27,819 nucleotides of DNA from Candidatus Krumholzibacteriia bacterium (GTDB lineage: Bacteria; Krumholzibacteriota; Krumholzibacteriia; LZORAL124-64-63). A program made the position numbers and the translations under genes. This document shows positions 8,317 through 16,670 of this stretch, in pieces (the first letter of the stretch is position 1; each line of letters starts with the position of its first letter). Where the stretch lies: assembly GCA_036351155.1 (NCBI GenBank), contig JAZBOO010000381.1, forward strand, positions 1-27,819, given 5' to 3'. The notes under the pieces are model-generated. The model was not told the DNA's origin. It worked only from the letters and a program-made list of their open reading frames with translations, and searched no databases.

Positions 8317-8526
8317 TCACCCTCGGGGGAGATGGTACCGATCGGCCAGATCACGCCTTTGATCCGGAGTCAGACTGGCCATGTATTTTTTCCAGCCCGG
8401 GCACCAACCGGCATGCCAGTGCCACATCCGGCCCAGGATGGAGCGAGGGTTTTGATCGTACTTCTTCCGAAAACCACAATCGGCGCAGCCATGATCAATC
8501 TTGGAGTCAACCTTGGATTCAACCAT
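8317..8526 (-). CDS. Small (69 aa) Cys/His/Trp-rich hypothetical protein, putative CCHC metal site
   Basis: C14-x2-C17...H38-x3-C42 (GCADCGFRKKYDQNPRSILGRMWHWHAGWCPGWKKY). ATG overlaps the tsaA stop (ATGGTTGA) with GAGGA upstream. Confidence 0.75.
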   Translation of the reverse strand: MVESKVDSKIDHGCADCGFRKKYDQNPRSILGRMWHWHAGWCPGWKKYMASLTPDQRRDLADRYHLPRG

Positions 8527-9028
8527 GATGATCCTCTCTGGGTTCGGGTCCGAATCGATCGTCAGACCGGCGCTCGACCGCCTGTTCCGAAGAGGTTTCC
8601 AGCCACCCCACCGACGTCACCTCCGGAACGTCGAAGGCCGGTACAAAGGGCTTGATGTCCAGCAGAGGCGTGCCGTCAAGAATGTCCACGTTGGCGATGT
8701 GGAGCCGTCCCTCGGCCACCGCCTCCAGCCGCACAACCGAAAAGCCCAGAGGGTTGGGGCGTCGAGGCGCTCGGGTCGCAAACACGCCGTGCGGCTGGTT
8801 GTCCAGGAAAGGCACCACCTCCAGCTTGAAACCCTCGGCGGCATGGAAGGCGTAGATCAGGATCACGTGGGAGAATCCGTCAAGATCGCGCAAGCCCGCC
8901 TGGTATTCCGGAAAAATGTCCACGGTGCCCAGGACACCCTTCGCACCTGAAGGCTGGATGGGCATATCGCGTGTGCTGGTATGCGGTGTGTGGATAATAC
9001 CGATGGGAACCAGAGAGGGAAGGGCCAT
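8519..9028 (-). CDS. tsaA: tRNA t6A37 N6-methyltransferase TrmO/TsaA family, short single-domain form
   Basis: PIGIIHTP...PIQP, GLRDLDGFSHVILIYAFH, GVFATRAPRRPNPLGFSVVRL, VDILDGTPLLDIKPF. Confidence 0.93.
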   Translation of the reverse strand: MALPSLVPIGIIHTPHTSTRDMPIQPSGAKGVLGTVDIFPEYQAGLRDLDGFSHVILIYAFHAAEGFKLEVVPFLDNQPHGVFATRAPRRPNPLGFSVVRLEAVAEGRLHIANVDILDGTPLLDIKPFVPAFDVPEVTSVGWLETSSEQAVERRSDDRFGPEPREDHHG

Positions 9029-9078
9029 GGGAATCCCCTGAATTGATGGGATGCGGTGGAGGTGAATGCAGGACCTGG

Positions 9079-9107
9079 ACCATACCGCTTGGTCGCGGGA
9101 CGGTCAA
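9079..9107 (-). promoter_or_regulatory. Putative sigma70-type promoter for tsaA
   Basis: TTGACC (9107-9102) - 17 bp - TATGGT (9084-9079). Confidence 0.5.
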
Positions 9108-9192
9108 CTCGGTTCCATTGACGACCGGCGGCTTTTGGTGTTCAATGGACTACTTGTTTGGTCGACTATTGTGCCATCCTGAAGGAGAACCC

Positions 9193-9636
9193 ATGAACGC
9201 ATCCGCCCCCACCTCCCCCCGACCCAAGCATCTGTGGGTGGTCGGCGTTGTCAGTCTTCTGTGGAACGCCGTGGGCGCCTTTGACTACCTCATGACCCAG
9301 ACCCGGAACGCCTCCTACATGAGCCAGTTCACCGAAGAACAGCTGGAATTCTTCTACGGTTTCCCCATGTGGGTGGAGGGGGCCTGGGCCATCGCCGTCT
9401 GGGGAGCCCTGGCCGGTTCGGTCATGCTTCTGTTCGCCAAGCGCCTGAGCGTGGGGCTGTTCCTGGTGTCGCTGGTGGCCATGGTGTTGACCACCATCCA
9501 CAACTATTTCCTGTCCAACGGACTGGAAGTGAACGGTGATCCGTTCAGCATCGTTTTCACCGTGTTCATCGCCCTGATTTCCATTGCGCTGTTCCTGTAT
9601 GCTCGGGCCATGGCCGCCAGGGGCGTGCTCAGCTAG
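9193..9636 (+). CDS. Small 4-TM membrane protein of unknown function
   Basis: AAGGAG before ATG 9193; P.HLWVVGVVSLLWNAVGAFDY...P.WV..AWAIAVWGALAGS; four hydrophobic helices. Confidence 0.85.
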   Translation: MNASAPTSPRPKHLWVVGVVSLLWNAVGAFDYLMTQTRNASYMSQFTEEQLEFFYGFPMWVEGAWAIAVWGALAGSVMLLFAKRLSVGLFLVSLVAMVLTTIHNYFLSNGLEVNGDPFSIVFTVFIALISIALFLYARAMAARGVLS

Positions 9637-10289
9637 CCGGCCTTCTGCACTTCTGACATGAACTGGGCGAGCTTCGGCTCGCTCAGTTTGTTCTCCTGAC
9701 GCACTCCGCTGCACACATCGACCCCGAACGGTCGCACCCGGGCAATGGCCTGGGCCACGTTGTCGGGCGTCAACCCTCCCGCCAGGAAAACCGGCACCGG
9801 AGAGCGGCGCACGATCTCGGCGCTCAGAGACCAGTCGTGGGTGCGCCCTGTCCCCCCGAGCTGGCGGGTGGGCGAATCCGGCTGGCCTGAATCGAGCAGG
9901 AGGGCATCGACCCCAAGGGCACAATCCAGAGCCTCATCCACCGCCTCGTCACCCCGCACATGAATCACCTGCACCAGCGAGACCCCCGGCAAAACCTGGC
10001 GCAGCTCCATGTGAACGGCAGGAGGCACCCGGTCCACGATCTGGATGGTTCCGGTACGGCACCTCTTCTGTTGCAAGACGATTTCTCCGGCCGTGGTCTT
10101 GCTGGTCAACAGGAAGGTGCCCACCGGCGGCGGAACCGCCTGGGCGATCTCCCCGATGAGGGCCTCGGATATCACCCCGGGGCCACTCGGCATGGCCGAC
10201 ACCAACCCCAGGGCATCGGCGCCCAGGCGAATGGCCAGCTGGGCCTCTTCCGGGCTGGTGATGCAACAGATCTTGATCCGTGTGGCCAT
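9633..10289 (-). CDS. trpF: Phosphoribosylanthranilate isomerase (stand-alone)
   Basis: RIKICCITS, GADALGLV, ALLLDSG...LGGTGRTHDW, FLAGGLTPDNV, PFGVDVCSGV. ATG 10289 behind GAGGAGGAG. Confidence 0.92.
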   Translation of the reverse strand: MATRIKICCITSPEEAQLAIRLGADALGLVSAMPSGPGVISEALIGEIAQAVPPPVGTFLLTSKTTAGEIVLQQKRCRTGTIQIVDRVPPAVHMELRQVLPGVSLVQVIHVRGDEAVDEALDCALGVDALLLDSGQPDSPTRQLGGTGRTHDWSLSAEIVRRSPVPVFLAGGLTPDNVAQAIARVRPFGVDVCSGVRQENKLSEPKLAQFMSEVQKAG

Positions 10290-10330
10290 GAGGCCTCTCC
10301 TCCTCGGAAGTGGCGTGCAGCCTGACTCCC

Positions 10331-10360
10331 TTGTTTTCCGCCAGGCCCGCGTGGTACAAT
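10331..10360 (+). promoter_or_regulatory. Putative promoter (extended -10) for the GH57 operon
   Basis: TTGTTT (10331-10336) - 18 bp - TACAAT (10355-10360), with TG at 10352-10353. Confidence 0.55.
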
Positions 10361-10405
10361 GCGGGGGAAATCGCCCAAATTTGCCCACCAACGGGAGTAT
10401 TCACC

Positions 10406-13400
10406 ATGGCGTCCATTTGCCGCCTGGGCTTGGCCCTGCCTGCCATTCTGGTTTTCTTGGCCGGATTGTTGGGACTGGCCGGTGCAGCTCCCCTCTCAAC
10501 CTATCCTGTCCAGGTCCTCACCGTCAACAGCGTCGGACAGGCACCGGACCTGCCCCCGGCGGCCGACATCCTCTCGGTGGTGCTGCACCGCGACAGCCAG
10601 AATCAGCCCTGGTTGCGTGTGGGTATGCTTTCCCTGGCCCAGGATGAGGAAACTGCCCGGGCCCTGGGAAGGGGTAATCTCTCTCGCACGGACATCCCCT
10701 GGGAAGTCAGGGCCGAAGACCAGCTGCTGGAGCAGGTCACCCTGAAGGCCGAGGGGAACGGTTTCACCCCTCATCCCAGGCGGGGCGCCACCACCCGGGT
10801 CAGCCGGCAGGCCGATGGGCTGTGGGTGCCCCTGGCCGCAGACCTGCTGGACGCCGCATCGGCCGAACACCCTCTCCGCTTCACCATCACCACCCTGCCC
10901 GGGGAAACGGTGACCGCCGAGTACTGGCCCGGCCGCACCCGCGACATCCAGGCCAACTGCGCACTGGTGGTGCACGGCAACCAGGGACTGGGCTACACCG
11001 ACGTGTTCCACGGCCGCAGCGACGACCTCGCCGGCAGCGGCTTCGACGAGGCCCTGGAAATTCACCAAGCTCTGGCCGTGCCCATCAACGTGCATCTGTC
11101 GGGCACGCTCATCACCGCGGCTGAATGGGCCTTCAACCAGGGCGACCCCCTGGACTTCAACAGCTGGCTGGCCGATGGTGCCGCCGCCGGCTGGGTGGGT
11201 ATGCTGACCTCGGCCTATGCCCAGCACATCATGCCCTTCGTGCACGACGACATGAACAGCTGGGCCGTTCACACCGAAACCCGGATGATCAGTCAGCGCT
11301 TCGGCTACGCGCCCACCGTCGCCTGGGTGCCCGAGCGCGTCTGGTTGAACACCACGGGTTACCCGTCGGCCGGCGTGAGCGACTGGGTCGGCGACAACTG
11401 GCAAAATCATGGCGTGGGCGCCGTGATCCTGGACGATGACGTGCATCTGCAAGGCCATGACAACCACCAGATCCACACCCTCGACAGCAATGGTCTGCGC
11501 CTGATCCCCCGCGACCGCTCCTTCACCGGAAATATCATCGGCGGCAACGGGCAGGCGGCTCTGGACATCCTGACGGCCATGGCCAGCTCGGGTGTGGGCC
11601 AGTACCGCATCGCGGTGATGGCCGAGGACTGGGAGGCCGTGGCCGAGATGGGCAGCTGGGCCAGCGACACCCCCAACGCCCACGAAACCTACAACTGGTT
11701 CGTGAACAAGTGCAGCCAGGAAAGCGCCTGGCTGGCCACCTGGAAGCTGGCCGATGCGGTGGCCAACCCCGACTTCACCGGGCAATCCTTTGCTCCGACA
11801 CCCGGAACCTACTGGGAAATCGGGGGCACCAGCGGTTACGGCGGCAGCGACAACTCCTGGTACACTCACTGGGCCGGCTGGGTGCCCTACGTGACCGGGG
11901 GTGACGGTCTGGGCAACTGTGCCGGGAGCGATGGCAACTGCAAGAACTACGGCACCCTCTGGAACGACGCCTACAACGCCCTGGTCACCGCACCCGACAA
12001 CACCATCAGTCAGGCCGGCTGGTATGTGCTGATGACCAACCTCTACGAAACCGGGTGGCACGACGGGCTGGGCGGACCCATCTCCGGCTGGCAACACAAC
12101 TACGCCGGGCACATCAAGCAGGCCATGATCTACGCCGAGGGCGCCCGCTGGGCCGACGGGCAGTACGCCGCCACCACGGCCGCCTACTTCAGCGACATCG
12201 ACAACGACGGATTCCAGGAGGCCATCCTGCACAACGACCGCCTGTTCGCCGTGTTCGAGGCCACCGGCGGGCGCTGCACCCACCTCTTCGTCAAGGGCCC
12301 CGGGTACGTGGACACCGCCATCGGCATCGACAACGCCTACTGGTCCGGCACCACCGCCGACTTCAACGACGACAACCACGTGGCCGCCTTCAGCGACGTG
12401 GGACCCAACTACCAGCACCAGCCCTACGATCTGGAAATCCTGGACGACGACGCCTCGGACGGCGGGGTCACGCTGCGGGCCACGTACTCGGAAGTGAGCA
12501 AGGAGATCTCTCTGCACACCGGCGATCCCTGGCTGGAAGCCGTGTACCGCGTGGGGGCCACCCCGCACTGGGTCCAGAGTGGATGGTCACCTTCCCTGGT
12601 CGACCTGGTCTGGAACGCCGACATGCAGCGAGTGTGGTCCGGCTTCAATTATGCCTACATGGGCCAGCATAATCCCCACACCGGCCTGACGGTGGGCTGG
12701 GTCCTGGGCGATGGCGGCGCGGGCCATGAGCGGGACTTCTCTGGCACCTTGATGAAAGGCGACGAGATCATCAGCCACGGCACCTTCCAGGTGCGCCTGT
12801 ACGCCGGGCCCACGTCCGCACCCGTGGACAGCCAGGTGCCCGAACTGCAGGCCTGTGCCGCGGCCCTGCAGGACACCATCGGACCAGGAATTGCCTGGGC
12901 CACCTGGAATCCGGCGGGGCAGATGCGTCTCTTCTTCGATCAGATCATCGATGAATCCACCATGGATGTCACCCGCCTGGGGTTCGACGACGATGGGGAC
13001 GGGATCCCCGAGGTCGAATGCGATCATATTTCCACTCCCGCCCTGATCGGCAGTGTCTGGTACGTGCTGCTTTCCTTCGACCCGGCGGCGCTCGACCAGA
13101 TCAACGCTCTGGACCAGGAAAACCTGCGCGTGGTGCTGGAACCCGGGGGCATCGAGGACGACGAGGGCAACCCCAACCTGTGGACGGCCGGCGAGGTGAT
13201 CGTGTACGAGAACCTGGCGGTGAGCATCGACGGCAGCTTCGATGCCGACGAGTGGTACGGCCCGGTGCTGGACGACGAGAACGACAGCCAGTGGACCAGC
13301 GACAATGAAATTGAACGGGTGCACGTGCTGTGGGACGAACTCTACCTGTACGTGGGGATCGAGGGCATCGTGCACAGCAACAGCTGGATCCTGTACCTGG

Positions 13401-14179
13401 ACACGGACCCGGACGGGGAACTGGGAGAAACCGATCTGACGCAGCTGGACGTCTGGGAACGCGGGGCCGTCTTCACCGCCCCCGGCTTCCGGGCCGACTG
13501 GATGTATGCCGCCTACCAGCACCAGGGCCCCGACGACGCGCACAGCTTCTGGGACATCGAATCGGCCACCCATGCCCGGAACCGCACCTCCAACCTGACG
13601 ATGGCCTTCGATCCCGACCACCTGAACGGCCTGAACGGCGGCAGCGAGATCGCCATTCCCTGGGATCTGCTCTACGGCATGGGGGACAACCGGGTGCCGC
13701 CGGGCGCCCGGATTTCCCTGGTGGCCTCACTGTGCTGGGATCCCGAGCCCGATGGAGTTCTGGGCGGCGACGTGGTCCCCAACGGGCTGGGCGCCACCCT
13801 GCCGGTGATCGACAACGTCTGGACCGTGAATCTGGACGAGGATGGGGACGGGGTTCCCGACCATCTGGCCATCTCGGCCGTGGACTCGAAACCCTCGGTC
13901 ACCCGACTGACCTTGAATCGGCTGACGCCCCGGACCGGTGAGGACATCTTCGCCTACTCCATTCCCGGCGGTGGGGAAACCCGGGTGGCCCTCGAAATCT
14001 TCGACCTGCGGGGACGGCTTGTCTGCACCCTGCTCGATGAGATCGTCGCCGCAGGCGAAGGCCGCCTGACCTGGAATCATGAAGACCAAAACGGCCGGCG
14101 CGTGGCGTCCGGTGTTTATCTGGCACGGCTGCGCGCAGGCCAGCAGGCCATCACGCGCAAGGTGGTCCTGATCAAGTGA
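10406..14179 (+). CDS. Secreted GH57-family glycoside hydrolase (alpha-glucan active, specificity uncertain) with beta-sandwich, DOMON-like and FlgD-Ig/T9SS-like C-terminal domains
   Basis: ATG 10406 behind GGGAG; signal peptide; GH57-like regions VVHGNQ, HLSGTLI, AYAQHIMP, WVPERVW (nucleophile Glu), ILDD, AEDWEA (acid/base Asp); DIDNDGFQEAILHNDRLFAVFEATGG like the domain following GH57 4-alpha-glucanotransferase cores; CTD ...LEIFDLRGRLV..L...WN..DQNGRRVASGVYLARL...RKVVLIK. Confidence 0.82.
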   Translation: MASICRLGLALPAILVFLAGLLGLAGAAPLSTYPVQVLTVNSVGQAPDLPPAADILSVVLHRDSQNQPWLRVGMLSLAQDEETARALGRGNLSRTDIPWEVRAEDQLLEQVTLKAEGNGFTPHPRRGATTRVSRQADGLWVPLAADLLDAASAEHPLRFTITTLPGETVTAEYWPGRTRDIQANCALVVHGNQGLGYTDVFHGRSDDLAGSGFDEALEIHQALAVPINVHLSGTLITAAEWAFNQGDPLDFNSWLADGAAAGWVGMLTSAYAQHIMPFVHDDMNSWAVHTETRMISQRFGYAPTVAWVPERVWLNTTGYPSAGVSDWVGDNWQNHGVGAVILDDDVHLQGHDNHQIHTLDSNGLRLIPRDRSFTGNIIGGNGQAALDILTAMASSGVGQYRIAVMAEDWEAVAEMGSWASDTPNAHETYNWFVNKCSQESAWLATWKLADAVANPDFTGQSFAPTPGTYWEIGGTSGYGGSDNSWYTHWAGWVPYVTGGDGLGNCAGSDGNCKNYGTLWNDAYNALVTAPDNTISQAGWYVLMTNLYETGWHDGLGGPISGWQHNYAGHIKQAMIYAEGARWADGQYAATTAAYFSDIDNDGFQEAILHNDRLFAVFEATGGRCTHLFVKGPGYVDTAIGIDNAYWSGTTADFNDDNHVAAFSDVGPNYQHQPYDLEILDDDASDGGVTLRATYSEVSKEISLHTGDPWLEAVYRVGATPHWVQSGWSPSLVDLVWNADMQRVWSGFNYAYMGQHNPHTGLTVGWVLGDGGAGHERDFSGTLMKGDEIISHGTFQVRLYAGPTSAPVDSQVPELQACAAALQDTIGPGIAWATWNPAGQMRLFFDQIIDESTMDVTRLGFDDDGDGIPEVECDHISTPALIGSVWYVLLSFDPAALDQINALDQENLRVVLEPGGIEDDEGNPNLWTAGEVIVYENLAVSIDGSFDADEWYGPVLDDENDSQWTSDNEIERVHVLWDELYLYVGIEGIVHSNSWILYLDTDPDGELGETDLTQLDVWERGAVFTAPGFRADWMYAAYQHQGPDDAHSFWDIESATHARNRTSNLTMAFDPDHLNGLNGGSEIAIPWDLLYGMGDNRVPPGARISLVASLCWDPEPDGVLGGDVVPNGLGATLPVIDNVWTVNLDEDGDGVPDHLAISAVDSKPSVTRLTLNRLTPRTGEDIFAYSIPGGGETRVALEIFDLRGRLVCTLLDEIVAAGEGRLTWNHEDQNGRRVASGVYLARLRAGQQAITRKVVLIK

Positions 14180-14204
14180 TGTGCTGCCGAAACAGGAGGA
14201 AAAA

Positions 14205-16613
14205 ATGAAGTCAAATAGCTATCGCCTGGCCCTGCTGCTGGTCCTGTGGGGAGTACTGGCGGGTATGCCCGCCAGCGCCCAGACACCCCAGGAAATCGTG
14301 ATCGACGGCGTGAACGACTTCGCCAGCGCCAACCTGATCGAGAATGACGGGGCCGACACCCAGTTCTCCGAGATCGATCTGCTGGAACTTTACGTCACCA
14401 ACGGCGCCAACAACCTGTATCTGGGCTACGGCTACGACAAGGGGAGCTGGTCGGGCAACCAGATCGGCATCGCCATCGACGTGGGCACCCCCGAGGGCGG
14501 CACCACCGACCCCTGGGCCCGTCAGATCGAGTGGAGCGCTGCGGTCAACAAGCCCGACTTCATCGTCTACTGCAATCTGGACAACAACTGGCAGGCGGGC
14601 TATCGCTGGGACGGCGCGGCCTGGGTCGAGTTCGTCACCCAGGGACCCGGCGCCCTGGACTGGATCACCAGTACCACCTTTGGCGAGTTCAGCATACTTC
14701 TGAGCACCCTGGGAGTGTCCGCCGGCTCCACCGTGGGCGTCGAAGCCTGGGTCACCCAGGACAACACCACGCGGGGGGCGTTCGATTTCTTCGCCAACGA
14801 CGGTGAGCAGACCTCGAACCCCAGCTTCACGATCTTCGCGCCCACCACCCCCTGCGCGCCGAGCATCTATCACAACCACACCGTGCTCGTTTCCTTCGAT
14901 GATGTGGCCCCCGTGGTCACGGGCGTCATGCCCACCGAGTATCCCATAGGCTCAGGGCTGGATGTCGTTTTCAGCGAAGGCCTGGTCAATATCATCGCCT
15001 CCAACCCCGACAACTACACGCTGCTGGGGCCCGATGGTGCCGAATTGACCGTTCTTGAAGCCCACCGCGACGACGTCGAGACCAACATCGTGCACCTGGT
15101 CCTGGCCTCGCCCCTGGTCGAAGGCGCTGACCTCTATGATCTGACCGTCGCCAACGTGGAGGACGGCTGGGGCAATCCCATCGTCCCCGGAAACGGCGAC
15201 CAGGCTTGCTTCCTGATCAAGCGCCTCGTCTTCCGCGGTCTGTTCTCTTATTACCTTCAGAACAACAGCGCCCCACCGGACGATTTCAGCGTCGAGGGCA
15301 GCCTGGCCCCGTTGACCTTCGGCACCCTGTGCGACACCGGCATCCTGACCGACACGGGCATCGACGACATCCACGAGTACAGCGACCTTTTCATGGTGAC
15401 GGGCGACTGCGCCACCGGGGCCGCCAGCGCCATCCTGGAGTGGAAGTTCGCCCACAACTGCGAAACCTACGAGCCCCTCGCAGGCAACCGCATCCACACC
15501 CTGGGTCTGGCCCCCGGCGCCGTGGACACCCTGGAGTTCTGGTGGAACAACGACGATCCTTCCAGCTTCCTCAGCCGCCCCGTCGATGTGGAATTCTTCG
15601 TTGACATGTCGATGAGCGGTCTGGCCGAGGGTGACACTGTGAGCATCAACGGCAACGTGTGGCCACTCAGTCACTGGTTGCCCTCTGGCAATACCATGGT
15701 CGATGACGGTTCCGGCAACGATGCCGAGGCCGAAGACGGCATCTTCAGCACCGTGGTGCGCTTCGAGGAAGGCGCGGCCAAGAACGTGCTGTACAAGTTC
15801 CTGCTCAATCGTGACTACGAATGCTTCGGCCAGGACGACCGTCACGTCTACCTGAACGAGGATGTCTACGGCATCGTGGGGAGCCCCGAAGGCCCGCTGA
15901 CCTTGCCCGTGGCCGTCTTCGATCGCTGTACGACCACCTGGGCGCCCGTCGAGGTGGTGTTCTCGGTGAACCTGAAGCACACCGAGTGGCATGACATCAC
16001 CCCTTCGGACGTGGTCTCGGTACGTGGCACGCCCAACAACACCGCACCCCCGGTGTTCGACTGGGACACGCCGGGTCTGAACATCCTGTTCGACGATGGC
16101 ATCGCACCCGACGCCACCGCCGGCGACAAGATCTACACCTGTGCCGTGGTTTTTCCCGACTCCAGCCAGCGCTTCATCGAGTACAAGTACCTGGTGAACG
16201 ACGAGTTCGAGTGTCTGGCGAGCAACCGGAGCTTCTGGATCGACCCGGACAGCTTCGACGACCAGGGAACACCTCAGATTCTCGACACCGTGCGCTGGGG
16301 TTCCTGCGATGTTTCCGATGTTCCTCTGGCCGTCAGCGATCTGTGGCTGCACCAGAATCGTCCCAATCCCTTCAACCCGTTGACCACCATCAGGTTCAGC
16401 CTGCCGGCCGACGGCCAGACCACCCTGCGCGTGTTCGATGCCAGAGGCGCGCTCGTGAGAACACTGGTCAACGAGCATCTCGTGGCCGGACCCCATGCCC
16501 ATGTCTGGAACGGCCGCGACCGCCATGGTGCGGGCGTATCCAGCGGCGTCTATTTCTACCGACTGGAAACCCCTTCCGGGGCCTTGACCAGAAGCATGCT
16601 GCTACTGAAGTAA
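14205..16613 (+). CDS. Secreted non-catalytic multidomain protein: DOMON-like domain, Ig-like domain, three CBM20-like repeats, FlgD-Ig/T9SS-like CTD
   Basis: AGGAGG before ATG 14205; signal peptide ending ASA-Q; IVIDG.NDF..D..ELYVT..NNLYLG; D.VAP.V..V.FSE..NY..LTV.NV.D..GN; three repeats with V.F.V...G...(E)YK(F/Y)...E...NR; CTD LHQNRPNPFNPLTTIRFSLP...SSGVYFYRL...RSMLLLK. Confidence 0.85.
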   Translation: MKSNSYRLALLLVLWGVLAGMPASAQTPQEIVIDGVNDFASANLIENDGADTQFSEIDLLELYVTNGANNLYLGYGYDKGSWSGNQIGIAIDVGTPEGGTTDPWARQIEWSAAVNKPDFIVYCNLDNNWQAGYRWDGAAWVEFVTQGPGALDWITSTTFGEFSILLSTLGVSAGSTVGVEAWVTQDNTTRGAFDFFANDGEQTSNPSFTIFAPTTPCAPSIYHNHTVLVSFDDVAPVVTGVMPTEYPIGSGLDVVFSEGLVNIIASNPDNYTLLGPDGAELTVLEAHRDDVETNIVHLVLASPLVEGADLYDLTVANVEDGWGNPIVPGNGDQACFLIKRLVFRGLFSYYLQNNSAPPDDFSVEGSLAPLTFGTLCDTGILTDTGIDDIHEYSDLFMVTGDCATGAASAILEWKFAHNCETYEPLAGNRIHTLGLAPGAVDTLEFWWNNDDPSSFLSRPVDVEFFVDMSMSGLAEGDTVSINGNVWPLSHWLPSGNTMVDDGSGNDAEAEDGIFSTVVRFEEGAAKNVLYKFLLNRDYECFGQDDRHVYLNEDVYGIVGSPEGPLTLPVAVFDRCTTTWAPVEVVFSVNLKHTEWHDITPSDVVSVRGTPNNTAPPVFDWDTPGLNILFDDGIAPDATAGDKIYTCAVVFPDSSQRFIEYKYLVNDEFECLASNRSFWIDPDSFDDQGTPQILDTVRWGSCDVSDVPLAVSDLWLHQNRPNPFNPLTTIRFSLPADGQTTLRVFDARGALVRTLVNEHLVAGPHAHVWNGRDRHGAGVSSGVYFYRLETPSGALTRSMLLLK

Positions 16614-16624
16614 CAGCACCGACC

Positions 16625-16646
16625 GGGCCCCTGAAGGCAGGGGCCC
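16625..16646 (+). other. Intercistronic GC hairpin without U-tract
   Basis: GGGCCCCTG-AAGG-CAGGGGCCC, a perfect 9-bp stem. Confidence 0.6.
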
Positions 16647-16670
16647 TCAACACCTCACTGGAGGAACACC

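Noticed and set aside
10310..10405. ORF-track N-terminal extensions (also 4303-4386, 5464-5502, 9043-9192, 10290-10391, 17951-18016)
   Set aside because: Downstream starts have SD sequences and give proper signal peptides or family N-termini; several extensions overlap promoters or neighbouring genes.
13830..13865. Dockerin (cellulosome-type) from DEDGDGVPD
   Set aside because: A single DxDxDG loop without the duplicated dockerin helix pattern, and no cohesin recognised; a generic calcium-binding loop is more likely.
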